From a virus (Duplodnaviria; Caudoviricetes), in the IMG/VR virus record IMGVR_UViG_3300037067_012588: a stretch of DNA of 64,000 bases. One strand, written 5' to 3'. The position numbers and the translations under genes were made by a program. The stretch's first letter is position 1. Each line of letters opens with the position of its first letter. Below are positions 18,402 through 27,606 of the stretch, one piece after another. The notes beneath the pieces were generated by a model. The model saw nothing but the letters and a program-made list of their open reading frames with translations, had not been told where the DNA came from and did no database searches.

Positions 18402-18637
18402 GATTGACTCACAATATGTTCAGTGGCGTATGGACACCAATGTGGTATTTTGTATTTCGAGACACTGAAAAACCGAGCGCCTTCTCCAGAGATTACTTTA
18501 TCTGGACAGATGTGATTTACTCGTCCATCTTTACTCCAGAATTTTTCTACTCGTTCATCCCATCCTTGACTGGATAGAAATGAGACGATTCTGTATTTAT
18601 TGATGCATATCTTACAGATGTCTTTGTTCAGATTCAT
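18398..18637 (-). CDS. CPxxxEH family
   Basis: KDICKIC...CP...CPYATEHIVSQ. Confidence 0.8.
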   Translation of the reverse strand: MNLNKDICKICINKYRIVSFLSSQGWDERVEKFWSKDGRVNHICPDKVISGEGARFFSVSKYKIPHWCPYATEHIVSQS

Positions 18638-18910
18638 TCATAACCCCTGAGCGACTACTTGTTCTGTAGCGTATGGGCAACCATTTGAGATTATACTTTG
18701 TAATGAGTCGAAGGATATGAGATTTGTTTTTCCCATCTTTGATCGAAAATCATCATATTCGATTCTGAGGATAGGGCAGGCTACGATATTAAGTCGCCAC
18801 ATTGATTTGAGTAAAGCTGGAGACCACAGGATACCTTTCCTGTGGTCGTCTTGGCTTACTAAACGATGATCTTGAACGCATTTCAGGCAAATATTATAGA
18901 CTGGATTCAT
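18638..18910 (-). CDS. CPxxxEH family
   Basis: NICLKC...CP...CPYATEQ. Confidence 0.8.
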   Translation of the reverse strand: MNPVYNICLKCVQDHRLVSQDDHRKGILWSPALLKSMWRLNIVACPILRIEYDDFRSKMGKTNLISFDSLQSIISNGCPYATEQVVAQGL

Positions 18911-19173
18911 ATTTGTTTCTCCGTAGATATAGTATGCTCAGTGGCGAATAGACAATGTTTGAAAAGCATCTCTTCAAACAGGCTGATTGCGATGCATCCG
19001 ACATAGCCCACCAATTGTTCACCAGATACTTCAACGAAAAACTGAGCTCCTAAATCCTTAAGCACAGGACAAACAATAAATCCTTCATCCCATTTTTTAT
19101 TGGAGTTTTGGGTAAAAAACTCTGAAAGGAATTTCTCTTGGCATTGACGGCACACCTCTCTATTTGGCTTCAT
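18907..19173 (-). CDS. CPxxxEH family
   Basis: REVCRQC...WDEGFIVCP...CLFATEH. Confidence 0.8.
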   Translation of the reverse strand: MKPNREVCRQCQEKFLSEFFTQNSNKKWDEGFIVCPVLKDLGAQFFVEVSGEQLVGYVGCIAISLFEEMLFKHCLFATEHTISTEKQI

Positions 19174-19600
19174 GATTCCCCTCATAGGCAACCACATGTT
19201 CAGTTGCGAACGGGCAAATACATAACCCTTCTAATAGGTCAATTGTTTTAACCCCAATCTCAACAAACATCGTTCTTGGGCAGTATCGAAGGCGTCCTCT
19301 TTTGAAAGACTCTTCCCACTCGTCGATTGTTGAGCATGGCGGTATTATTTTAAGAACGCATTGTCGACAGACATCAATATTCGGAGTCAATTGTGTTCTT
19401 TGGAGTTTTTTATGTTCCTTGTTTTGTGGGCAACGTCTGTATTTTTTTAAGAAATCTGCTTTGAAATTGAAAGAAGTCCCACTTTGCCCTCCGATAGGCT
19501 TACAATGGACAACATCCACGCTCCACGAATAATCGAAGTCTTCTGGTTTTACTCCAGCCTTGATACGGCAAGCTTTGCAGACGCTATATATTGGTCTCAT
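19160..19600 (-). CDS. CPxxxEH family, two-domain
   Basis: two CxxC...C...CP units, ends CPFATEH. Confidence 0.8.
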   Translation of the reverse strand: MRPIYSVCKACRIKAGVKPEDFDYSWSVDVVHCKPIGGQSGTSFNFKADFLKKYRRCPQNKEHKKLQRTQLTPNIDVCRQCVLKIIPPCSTIDEWEESFKRGRLRYCPRTMFVEIGVKTIDLLEGLCICPFATEHVVAYEGNHEAK

Positions 19601-19788
19601 GATTCCTTCTTGGTATGGTATCTTTTTATCTCCTCATTGATTCTCACAATATTATCGCAAATCTTCTGAAAATCGTTTGCGCTGTCGCAAACACGGATAC
19701 ATGTGTTCTCGAAATGCAAGAATACTGCTTCTTCCATCACATCACCGTCACTATCATAGGAATTCACACTGAAGGTTATTTCCATCAT
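19597..19788 (-). CDS. hypothetical protein
   Basis: overlapping start/stop. Confidence 0.6.
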   Translation of the reverse strand: MMEITFSVNSYDSDGDVMEEAVFLHFENTCIRVCDSANDFQKICDNIVRINEEIKRYHTKKES

Positions 19789-20063
19789 TCACCATCCCAT
19801 TCACCGACAATATCAAGGTGTTCGGCATAATTGCCTTGATGTCCAGAGCGTCCGTAACGATTCCAGCAGGAAATACGCCACTCCCATCCACCGATTGTTC
19901 GCATAAGTATTGCACCGTGGATGGCTTCCCACAGGTTTTCACAGTGACAAGTTGCATCGAGCTTATCGACGATAACGGCATAGAAGCGAACCTTCAGACC
20001 ATTTCGGGTCTTGTAGAGCTTGTTAAGGTCAAAACCTTCGGCATAGGCATCAAACACAATCAT
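19785..20063 (-). CDS. hypothetical phage protein
   Basis: YKTRNGLKVR...W...G...LDIV motif. Confidence 0.65.
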   Translation of the reverse strand: MIVFDAYAEGFDLNKLYKTRNGLKVRFYAVIVDKLDATCHCENLWEAIHGAILMRTIGGWEWRISCWNRYGRSGHQGNYAEHLDIVGEWDGE

Positions 20064-20472
20064 CCTCCTTCTGGGTCGCCAAGAAGTGCTCAAGCAAATA
20101 CGGGCAGTCAGGGTGAACGTCATTACAAATAGACGTAGCCTTCATTCGGGCGACTAGCCAACACGGCACACAAGCCTGTTTTTCGAGCCAATCCTTGAAG
20201 GCATTTTTGTCATTATTGCCGTCTCGCTCATCGCAACACCTTCTGCAGATTTCCACTGAATGCTTTACTGGTCTCTTGACATGGGCATATTTTCTCAGCT
20301 TTGCCTTGTTGGTGCAACACCTCGGAACGGGAATATCAACCGAACGATAGATAGCTTTCGTTTTTGGGCAATATTTCAGCAAGTTTGTGACAGGGTCTAT
20401 CTCTGCACAAGCTCTCTTGTTGTCCTCCCGCAAGCACCTTCCACAAATGTCCTTATGTGGATACGGGTTCAT
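20050..20472 (-). CDS. CPxxxEH family, two-domain
   Basis: KDICGRC...EICRRC...CPYLLEH. Confidence 0.8.
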   Translation of the reverse strand: MNPYPHKDICGRCLREDNKRACAEIDPVTNLLKYCPKTKAIYRSVDIPVPRCCTNKAKLRKYAHVKRPVKHSVEICRRCCDERDGNNDKNAFKDWLEKQACVPCWLVARMKATSICNDVHPDCPYLLEHFLATQKEDDCV

Positions 20473-21083
20473 AAAACGCTTTCCACGGTGCGATTGCGCA
20501 CTTCATCCTGTTGTTCTTTGGTGAACCAAAACTCAGCATTTGACAACGGAGTTTTCTTGAGTCCAGCGCAAGCGATGATGGCCTTTGTTTCCCCCATGAG
20601 TCCACCCACAAGCAAGCCAGTGCTGATATAGCCGTTCGGTTGGATACAATACGGCTTGAACGAATAATTCAACGGATATTCGTGGTATGCTTGGTTGGCG
20701 ATTTGATACATGCGTTCATCCACGAGGATGCTAAATCTTTTGTCTCCAACCATACGCACCGTGGCGTATTTTCCTTTTTCGGAGCCAGGGCACAGGAATT
20801 CCCTATCGGCGTTATCCAATATCTTGCTGAATCTTACGGGACGAAAAATGTCCTCTTGCATGGCATCTGTCGATGGATTTTCTTTCATTCCAATGTAATA
20901 TTTGAACGACCGTTTAACTCTATACAGCCATTCCCTTCCACCGCTGAATATTCCGCACGCTTTGCAGTCTCTTGGCAGTTTCATGTAAAAGCATGGAGAA
21001 GCCAGCCAACGGGAGATTTCCCCTTCGCCTATCATCTTGAAAAACCCATCGCTCTTTTTGATTCGGATGCTTTTCATTTTCAA
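20469..21083 (-). CDS. hypothetical protein
   Basis: 204-aa ORF after promoter repeat. Confidence 0.7.
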   Translation of the reverse strand: MKMKSIRIKKSDGFFKMIGEGEISRWLASPCFYMKLPRDCKACGIFSGGREWLYRVKRSFKYYIGMKENPSTDAMQEDIFRPVRFSKILDNADREFLCPGSEKGKYATVRMVGDKRFSILVDERMYQIANQAYHEYPLNYSFKPYCIQPNGYISTGLLVGGLMGETKAIIACAGLKKTPLSNAEFWFTKEQQDEVRNRTVESVL

Positions 21084-21120
21084 TTACCCCATCAGACGTT
21101 GATAAAATACCTCTTCATGT

Positions 21121-21157
21121 CTATATATCGTCCGAAGGGCAAATTATTCCTGAGAAA
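21121..21157 (-). promoter_or_regulatory. GGACGAT promoter-like repeat, copy 5
   Basis: GGACGATATATAG core. Confidence 0.5.
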
Positions 21158-21425
21158 TAACGTGTTCAAGAAAAAATGGGCATTGGTCGGAGTCTGGGGC
21201 TAATTCGTCGTCTTCGTCGAAATCTCGACAAGCCAAGCACAGATTTTCTCCAACCGCTTTGCACCAAAGGATATACCCATAGTTTTTGACATGGGTATCG
21301 AAATATTCACGAGCCCTCTCGATAGGCAGATTTGGGTGAGAGTGTGAGCCTTTGGGCGTATATCTGCCTGTAGTTTTGACGGCACTACAGGCGCAAGCTC
21401 GGCATATTTCTGTATTTGGCTTCAT
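21144..21425 (-). CDS. CPxxxEH family
   Basis: KPNTEICRAC...WC...CPFFLEH. Confidence 0.8.
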   Translation of the reverse strand: MKPNTEICRACACSAVKTTGRYTPKGSHSHPNLPIERAREYFDTHVKNYGYILWCKAVGENLCLACRDFDEDDELAPDSDQCPFFLEHVISQE

Positions 21426-21682
21426 TGGTTATCGCCTTCAAGGGTTTGCTCCAAGAAATACGGGCAGTCACTTGGAATGCCTTCTGTGACAAAAAAACCG
21501 AATGGTCTTTGGCAAGGACACCAAAATACCCTCCCATTGTCAAATCGCACCGAGACATCGTTTAATGTGTTTTCCCATAGTATCTCTATCGATGTACTCT
21601 CGATCTCCCAATCCAAAAGATTTTCAAATTGATGTTTTACTGCGCACGGGACACAGATATTTTTATTCGGTTTTGGGTTCAT
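21422..21682 (-). CDS. CPxxxEH family
   Basis: NICVPC...CPC...CPYFLEQ. Confidence 0.8.
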   Translation of the reverse strand: MNPKPNKNICVPCAVKHQFENLLDWEIESTSIEILWENTLNDVSVRFDNGRVFWCPCQRPFGFFVTEGIPSDCPYFLEQTLEGDNQ

Positions 21683-21950
21683 TGGAAATTACCTGTTCTG
21701 TCAGATAACGGCATTGCGGCGGCGTCTTGAAATAGGGGAAATAATCATCCTCTGAGTAGAAATAATCATGCTGAGTTTTCATCAACTGCCAGCTATCGAT
21801 TTGGTTTTTGACTTTCTTGTTGATGTCTCTAATCAACTGACAGTGAAAATCCCTCTTGAGAAATTCGCATTGGCATTTCAAGCATATTCGGATATTCCTG
21901 TCGGCGAATTTTCCATCCCATGATTTTGCCAGATATTCAAGATAATTCAT
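21663..21950 (-). CDS. CPxxxEH family
   Basis: ICLKC...C...CRYLTEQVIS. Confidence 0.75.
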   Translation of the reverse strand: MNYLEYLAKSWDGKFADRNIRICLKCQCEFLKRDFHCQLIRDINKKVKNQIDSWQLMKTQHDYFYSEDDYFPYFKTPPQCRYLTEQVISNEPKTE

Positions 21951-22209
21951 TCGATTCGCACTCTATGAAATGCTCCAAGAAATACGGGCATTTGTCTGGG
22001 ATGCCGTCTTCTATAAAAAACCCAAAAGGCATTTTACAAGGACAAAAGAACACCTGCCCGTTGCCAAATCGCAAAGAGACGTCTCTCAATATTATTTCCC
22101 TTCGCACAGAAACGTCTGTCAACATTCTTTCACTCTCCGTCATCAGAACGTCACCTTGATATTTGGCAGCGCAAGGCAAGCAGATATTTATGTCTGGTTT
22201 AGGATTCAT
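21937..22209 (-). CDS. CPxxxEH family
   Basis: NICLPC...CPC...CPYFLEH. Confidence 0.8.
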   Translation of the reverse strand: MNPKPDINICLPCAAKYQGDVLMTESERMLTDVSVRREIILRDVSLRFGNGQVFFCPCKMPFGFFIEDGIPDKCPYFLEHFIECESNELS

Positions 22210-22519
22210 TTGAAATCACCTGTTCAGTGAAATACGGGCAGAGATTCGATTTGGGAGCCATCTCATCGTCTTGGTCAAAATCTCTGTTTATTCGCATTCC
22301 TGGGTTTGTACCACACTCCTCAACCCCTGATGATCCTATATACATCTGAGCAACCGCAGGACACCATTTAATCAGTCCGCTACGCCTTTTGATATTCTTG
22401 TCGAATGTTTTATACACTTGTTCTGGAGTTAATTGTTTAATTTTCAAGTTAGTTTTAGAGCGCCAAACAATATGGCGGTTACAAGCGCACTGTCTGCAGA
22501 TTTCGACATTAGGCTTCAT
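22199..22519 (-). CDS. CPxxxEH family
   Basis: KPNVEICRQC...WCP...CPYFTEQ. Confidence 0.8.
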   Translation of the reverse strand: MKPNVEICRQCACNRHIVWRSKTNLKIKQLTPEQVYKTFDKNIKRRSGLIKWCPAVAQMYIGSSGVEECGTNPGMRINRDFDQDDEMAPKSNLCPYFTEQVISNES

Positions 22520-22787
22520 TGGACACCACCTGTTCAGTGAAATACGGGCAGAGGTTTGACTTCGGGGCATTCAGAGCGCCAGAGTCAAAATCTCGACTTA
22601 TATTCATCGACAGTGAAATCTTTTTCGAGATTTTAAGAGCTTGACACCACAAAATAGACCTGAATTTGCTTGTTGTTATGTCAAACGTTTTGTAAACATC
22701 TTCTCTTGTTCGTGGAGACAGGCTTATCAATTTATTGATATAATACTCACAAGCGCACGTCCTACATATATCGATGTTAGGCTTCAT
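22509..22787 (-). CDS. CPxxxEH family
   Basis: KPNIDICRTC...WC...CPYFTEQ. Confidence 0.8.
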   Translation of the reverse strand: MKPNIDICRTCACEYYINKLISLSPRTREDVYKTFDITTSKFRSILWCQALKISKKISLSMNISRDFDSGALNAPKSNLCPYFTEQVVSNEA

Positions 22788-23395
22788 TGTTCTCTGCCTT
22801 ATCGGCGTCATATTCATGGGTCGATGATTTGTTCGCTATGGCATGTTCCACAACCAAGCCGCACTCTTTTGGGACAAACTTGCGAAGGTTCCAGTTTATC
22901 TGACGAGACCACAGGCATCCGTACAAAACATCATCGGAGTATTGGTCGCACCCAGACATTTTGCAGACATCTGGATGTATCAGGACTTCTTCGAAATGCT
23001 GACTGTCTTCCCGAAGATTCTTCGCATGACGGTCACGGGCAAACCTTACGCCTTCGGCAGACACCTCTTCTGTTGGCTCTTCCTCGAAAAGCGCCTCAAG
23101 GTTTTCTTCCATTTTTTTGTTTTCCAAAATTTGTTCTTCCTTGAAAAGACAATTCTCCAATACGGGACACGCTTCGCTTCCATCATCGAAATCAGCGTTG
23201 AACTCTACAAACATGTTTTTGGACGCTTTGCAGAGATAGAAAAAAATCATGGTTGAGACTTTCAGTCCCGCACTTCTGACAAATATGTTTAAGAGCCTTC
23301 AATTTTGGACGTTCCCACGGCTGTCTGGATTTGAACCAGATTTTTGGTTGGCTTTTACCGAACCCGTCGATTCGGTATGCTCGCAGCCCTTCCAT
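22777..23395 (-). CDS. CPxxxEH family, two-domain, interrupted by +1 frameshift at a T7 run (23240-23246)
   Basis: ICQKC in ORF 23192..23395 joins C...CLFKEEQ and VCKMSGC...CGLVVEH in ORF 22777..23250. Confidence 0.55.
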
Positions 23396-23504
23396 TGGAC
23401 AAGGATACTAGCGAATGTTTCGGTCGCCCCTACTTATCGCCATTTCTTGCCGCTTGCTTATGAGCTTCGCAACGTGTTCACACCACGCCGCAGCCGCAGG
23501 AACC

Positions 23505-23675
23505 TTATTCGTCTATCGGGTCGATCTTTGACCTCACCTCTTCAGGAGGAAGGCTTGGCACGGGTATCTCTGGCAGCACGGGCATATTCTTACGCTCATT
23601 GCGCTCGATAGCGTCATAGTCGCCCGGCTCAGGCTTCAAGACTCGATTCACCTTTACAGTCCAGAATGAAAGCAT
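23505..23675 (-). CDS. small Pro-rich protein
   Basis: hand-translated 56 aa, AAGGAG RBS. Confidence 0.5.
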   Translation of the reverse strand: MLSFWTVKVNRVLKPEPGDYDAIERNERKNMPVLPEIPVPSLPPEEVRSKIDPIDE

Positions 23676-23696
23676 GTTCCTTCTCCTTGCCTCTCA

Positions 23697-24137
23697 TTAT
23701 ACTGGATTGTCCTCTGTTTTACAAAGAGAAACAGCATGTTCGACGGCGTAAGGGCAATCGTCATCTTTGCCTGTTTGAGAACAGGTTGAGACAATAGCCA
23801 TGCTGATCATTTTAGCATGCCAACATTGGATAACCCCATGTTCATCGAAAAAAGGTTGTTCTCCTCGACACTTCAGGCAAACCTCTTTGGCTTTCGTTGC
23901 TTCTTTTTCTGCAGACAACGGGAGCCTATCAAGCTCAGGGCAACGGTCAAAAACTGGTGTTGCTATACTGTGATACACCATCACTTGTCTCAGATGTTCA
24001 CGGTCATCACACCTGACAAACCCTCTATCCCAACAATAAGAGAACGATTCGCCAGTACGAGCCCGAACTTTTGGCTTGCCGTTTTTGGCAAAACAAGCAG
24101 AACAGATTTCCTTGTCTGGATATCTGGACTCCATCAT
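23697..24137 (-). CDS. CPxxxEH family, two-domain
   Basis: KEICSAC...KEVCLKC...CPYAVEH. Confidence 0.8.
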   Translation of the reverse strand: MMESRYPDKEICSACFAKNGKPKVRARTGESFSYCWDRGFVRCDDREHLRQVMVYHSIATPVFDRCPELDRLPLSAEKEATKAKEVCLKCRGEQPFFDEHGVIQCWHAKMISMAIVSTCSQTGKDDDCPYAVEHAVSLCKTEDNPV

Positions 24138-24451
24138 TCTTCTCCTGAAACGACATGCTCGACGAAAAATGGGCAATCAGACAAAGCACAAGCAACATGT
24201 TTGTGCCAGTTTTTTTCGAAATCTTCAAACGTTGATTCGTCTTGAAAAGGGTTTTCCTTCTCTGTTCTCCTGAGAAAGCATTTAAGACTTGGGCACTCCA
24301 CCGCAAAAACAATTTCCTTTGGCAAACGCTTCCAGTCAAGCGTTGTTGGACGACCATCGATAAACAACGGATGACCATTCCACTGTTTAGCCTTAACATC
24401 ACAAGCTCGCTCACAAACAATACGCTGAAGCCTATAGTTAGACGCTTTCAT
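24134..24451 (-). CDS. CPxxxEH family
   Basis: CERAC...CP...CPFFVEHVVS. Confidence 0.75.
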   Translation of the reverse strand: MKASNYRLQRIVCERACDVKAKQWNGHPLFIDGRPTTLDWKRLPKEIVFAVECPSLKCFLRRTEKENPFQDESTFEDFEKNWHKHVACALSDCPFFVEHVVSGEE

Positions 24452-24930
24452 TTTTCACCCATAGATAGGACATGCTCAGTCTCGTATGGGCAATCGACAT
24501 GCTTCCGAATACACTGAATAGCCGAAAAAGCCCCGCTCGAAAGCGATGAAAACATCACAAGCCCACACAGCTCCCGACAAATCACCAAGCCATGACTGAT
24601 CATCTCATCAATCATCCGATTTTCGTCTTCCCTCAGTCTCTCATCTTCTCTTGGATTGTTGGATACCAGCCTCTTCAAGCACAACCGACAAATATCTGGA
24701 TTCGCCGCATGGTCTGAGCGAATCTTTTTCCTCTTGAGATTTGGACAGACAACGGTGAAACGATTGGCGTAGCCCTCAGCACCTTCGTTCGTATATTCTG
24801 GCGCAAGAGGGCAGCCATATATAAGCCCACGCTTCCATTCAGCAACCCACGATGCGGCACTGAAAGAATAATTCTTCTTCCATGACGCTAACACACAAGA
24901 ATAGCATTTGTCATAAGGCTTGGACATCAC
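24448..24930 (-). CDS. CPxxxEH family, two-domain
   Basis: CYSC...DICRLC...CPYETEH. Confidence 0.8.
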   Translation of the reverse strand: MMSKPYDKCYSCVLASWKKNYSFSAASWVAEWKRGLIYGCPLAPEYTNEGAEGYANRFTVVCPNLKRKKIRSDHAANPDICRLCLKRLVSNNPREDERLREDENRMIDEMISHGLVICRELCGLVMFSSLSSGAFSAIQCIRKHVDCPYETEHVLSMGEK

Positions 24931-25373
24931 TCTTCCCTCGATACAACGTGCTCAATCTCGTATGGGCAGCCTTCTGGGACTTCATCTATTATGCCTGTCA
25001 TTGACTTCGTACACTGAACCGTACCATGACTCCAAATCTCACGCAAAAGATTATCCTCAAAAACTGGATAGGTGTTATGATGCGGACACTTGGAGCAAAC
25101 CTCAAGACTCAAAACAGACTCTGGCAAACACTCTACCTCTGTTTTGAGCTCATTGTAATGCCTGCAATATCTCTCAATCACACGCATCCTTGTCGAAATT
25201 ACGTTCGAAAACTCATAAAAGCCGGGACACTCGATAAAACCATCGTGAAAACGTAAATCCCAGCTAGACATATATTGTTCAACCAGCTCTGGACGGTCGC
25301 CGATATCCCATTCGACAGAAGACTCGATAAGGCAACGCCTGCAAACCTCAGCATCTGGCAATTTGTATGTCAC
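24927..25373 (-). CDS. CPxxxEH family, two-domain
   Basis: EVCRRC...EVCSKC...CPYEIEH. Confidence 0.8.
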   Translation of the reverse strand: MTYKLPDAEVCRRCLIESSVEWDIGDRPELVEQYMSSWDLRFHDGFIECPGFYEFSNVISTRMRVIERYCRHYNELKTEVECLPESVLSLEVCSKCPHHNTYPVFEDNLLREIWSHGTVQCTKSMTGIIDEVPEGCPYEIEHVVSREE

Positions 25374-25678
25374 GACGAGTGCTCCTCAAGAAAATGTTCC
25401 ACAGAATAAGGACACCACTCAGGCGGTTCTTTTTTTACCTCGACGATGAATTCATTCAAAAAAATGCAAGGGCAATGTACATTGCCCCTATCCCACAAGA
25501 CTTCGTCTTCATCACGCCAAGGACTCGGGTCGTTCGTTGCCATCAGCTCGCCACTCGGATAGCACCTCGCAAATGGTCTCAGTTTGAAAGAAGGGTGCAT
25601 TTCTTCGCTGTAACAGATTCCGTTAACGCACCGTGTTCTTTCCATACACACTTTACAGACTGTCTTTTGAAGCATCAT
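25370..25678 (-). CDS. CPxxxEH family
   Basis: KTVCKVC...WDRGNVHCP...CPYSVEH. Confidence 0.8.
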   Translation of the reverse strand: MMLQKTVCKVCMERTRCVNGICYSEEMHPSFKLRPFARCYPSGELMATNDPSPWRDEDEVLWDRGNVHCPCIFLNEFIVEVKKEPPEWCPYSVEHFLEEHSS

Positions 25679-25731
25679 CGCCCCCTGCCGACACACTTTT
25701 TGCAGACTTCCTTATCGAGACTTTTGCACAT
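25675..25731 (-). pseudogene. 18-aa orphan N-terminal fragment of CPxxxEH family
   Basis: MCKSLDKEVCKKCVGRGR*, GGAG RBS. Confidence 0.55.
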
Positions 25732-25742
25732 GTTTTTCTCCA

Positions 25743-26180
25743 TTACAGGAAAGACTCGATGATATATTTCCAGATTTTTGCCATCAGTTTTGTTGAAAAT
25801 GTGTTTGGTTTTTTCAACAAATGCTCAAGCTCGTAAGGGCAGTTTTTCGTTGATCCGCAATCACTATCTCGATGTTCGCTTTTTGGGCAATCAATCAGAA
25901 CCCTACAACTCCAAAACGTCCGCCGCCAAGTAGCCTTGTCAACGTTTGTCTTACCATTATCGTAGACACACTTTTGGCAAATATCAATGTCGAGGAAAAC
26001 CTCTTCCGTCTTGATATGCTTATCCTTGTGTGGACATTTTCTCGGCGTCAAATATATGGAAAACCAGTGATTAGCCTTTGGGCAGCCACGAATGAAACCC
26101 ATTTCAAATTCTTTTTTCCAATACCAACCTAAGACCTTTGTGTTGTTAATACAGGCTTCGCACGTTTTCATGTCAAGCAT
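25743..26180 (-). CDS. CPxxxEH family, two-domain
   Basis: TCEAC...DICQKC...CPYELEH. Confidence 0.8.
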   Translation of the reverse strand: MLDMKTCEACINNTKVLGWYWKKEFEMGFIRGCPKANHWFSIYLTPRKCPHKDKHIKTEEVFLDIDICQKCVYDNGKTNVDKATWRRTFWSCRVLIDCPKSEHRDSDCGSTKNCPYELEHLLKKPNTFSTKLMAKIWKYIIESFL

Positions 26181-26184
26181 GAGG

Positions 26185-26619
26185 CTATTCCTTCTGCGTC
26201 GATAAAGCGTGCTCAGTCAAATATGGACACCCATCGGGCGGCCCTACAAAGACACAGCGGAAGTTCATTACCTTATCAATCGGACACAACGTCATAACAC
26301 CGTCTTCAACAAAATGCTTCGCCCACTGTCTCAGAATACCTTGGGAATATCCAGCATTACTTTCCTTGAGAATACACCTGATACATATCTCTGGGTCAAA
26401 CTTCACAGTCTGAGCGTCTCGCTGCTTATAGGATTTCAGTTTGAGCTTGTGCTTACATCTGTTTGGCACTGGCATGTTCATAGAGCGTGCTGATGGAAAA
26501 GATCGGTTGTTGTTTGTTTTCCCGTAAAAAGGCTTAGAGCAAGGACAGCCAACAAGGACATCCCCATAACCTCTCGCACTGCAGTCATTGCACACCTCTA
26601 GGTTTGGGAAAGGATTCAT
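26185..26619 (-). CDS. CPxxxEH family, two-domain
   Basis: EVCNDC...EICIRC...CPYLTEH. Confidence 0.8.
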   Translation of the reverse strand: MNPFPNLEVCNDCSARGYGDVLVGCPCSKPFYGKTNNNRSFPSARSMNMPVPNRCKHKLKLKSYKQRDAQTVKFDPEICIRCILKESNAGYSQGILRQWAKHFVEDGVMTLCPIDKVMNFRCVFVGPPDGCPYLTEHALSTQKE

Positions 26620-27023
26620 TGCAGCCCCAATATATGCTCGGTTTGAAACGGGCATTCTTTGAACGAATGCGTTGTAAAAACAACATCATGCCTGAACACG
26701 GGACACAGAAGCAACATGCCTCCATCAAATGCGATATCCCAAGTCCTTGTTACAGCGTTCTTCCTACAGACACAGGCACGGCAAATCTCTTTCAACAAGC
26801 CAACTGGCTCCTCTTTTTTGACTGGGAGCTTATCGACATGTGGACACTCGGTTATTCCAACATCGCTTGAAATTACCGTTGTCTCCTCGATAAAGACAGG
26901 GCAATCCAGAAGCTCGCCTTGATCGAACAAGATACCCCAAATGACACCATCGACCGCTTTGTCGCTGTGGTTCTTGTTTGAGCGCCAGCACGCCTCGCAG
27001 ACCGCTTTATCAGGCTTCTTCAT
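26616..27023 (-). CDS. CPxxxEH family, two-domain
   Basis: AVCEAC...EICRAC...CPFQTEH. Confidence 0.8.
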   Translation of the reverse strand: MKKPDKAVCEACWRSNKNHSDKAVDGVIWGILFDQGELLDCPVFIEETTVISSDVGITECPHVDKLPVKKEEPVGLLKEICRACVCRKNAVTRTWDIAFDGGMLLLCPVFRHDVVFTTHSFKECPFQTEHILGLQ

Positions 27024-27029
27024 GGCTTA

Positions 27030-27449
27030 TTATACACTCATGAGATGTTCGAGGACGTATGGGCATTGAGACATTTCTTGTCGGCTCTTCGCCAACTTGT
27101 TTATGCCCTTGATTCTAAATTGAAAACGACAATGAAGCATCCCTCTTGACCAGAAATGTTCAAAGTTCTTCTCTGCAAAATTCTCCTCTACAAAATCCTC
27201 TCTTCTCTGTAGACAACATTTCCAGCATATATCCTTGTTCAGCAAGAGCTTGAAGTCTTTCTTTTGAAACCCCTTGTCGCATTTTGTCCTTGCGATATCA
27301 ATTGACACACTATCTGGAAACAAGCTACATTTAAGAATACCATCCCTGAAGAATGTCCTCCAGTTATCCCTAGATGTTATGGACCTAAAGGTTTTCGCTT
27401 TAGTCCAATAACACTTCTCGCAATTGGACATACAAAAACGCTTCTTCAT
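27030..27449 (-). CDS. CPxxxEH family, two-domain
   Basis: CEKC...KDICWKC...CPYVLEH. Confidence 0.8.
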   Translation of the reverse strand: MKKRFCMSNCEKCYWTKAKTFRSITSRDNWRTFFRDGILKCSLFPDSVSIDIARTKCDKGFQKKDFKLLLNKDICWKCCLQRREDFVEENFAEKNFEHFWSRGMLHCRFQFRIKGINKLAKSRQEMSQCPYVLEHLMSV

Positions 27450-27472
27450 GGCTTACACCCAACAATAGAAAC

Positions 27473-27508
27473 AAAAACCCCCGCACAGGCATGCGTCCCG
27501 TGCGGGGT
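27473..27508 (-). terminator. intrinsic terminator-like hairpin
   Basis: CCCCGCAC/GTGCGGGG stem followed by TTTTT on minus strand. Confidence 0.6.
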
Positions 27509-27606
27509 GCTACTGTGGCAACCCGTAGAAGAGTTGCCGAAGAACTCACTATACGACTGACAGCTTGCTTTTCGAGCAACTATTTTCAAAAAAACTGAAA
27601 ATAATA

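Noticed and set aside
23396-23510. tRNA or ncRNA in a GC-rich gap
   Set aside because: No cloverleaf or T-loop could be found; it may be a degraded coding fragment.
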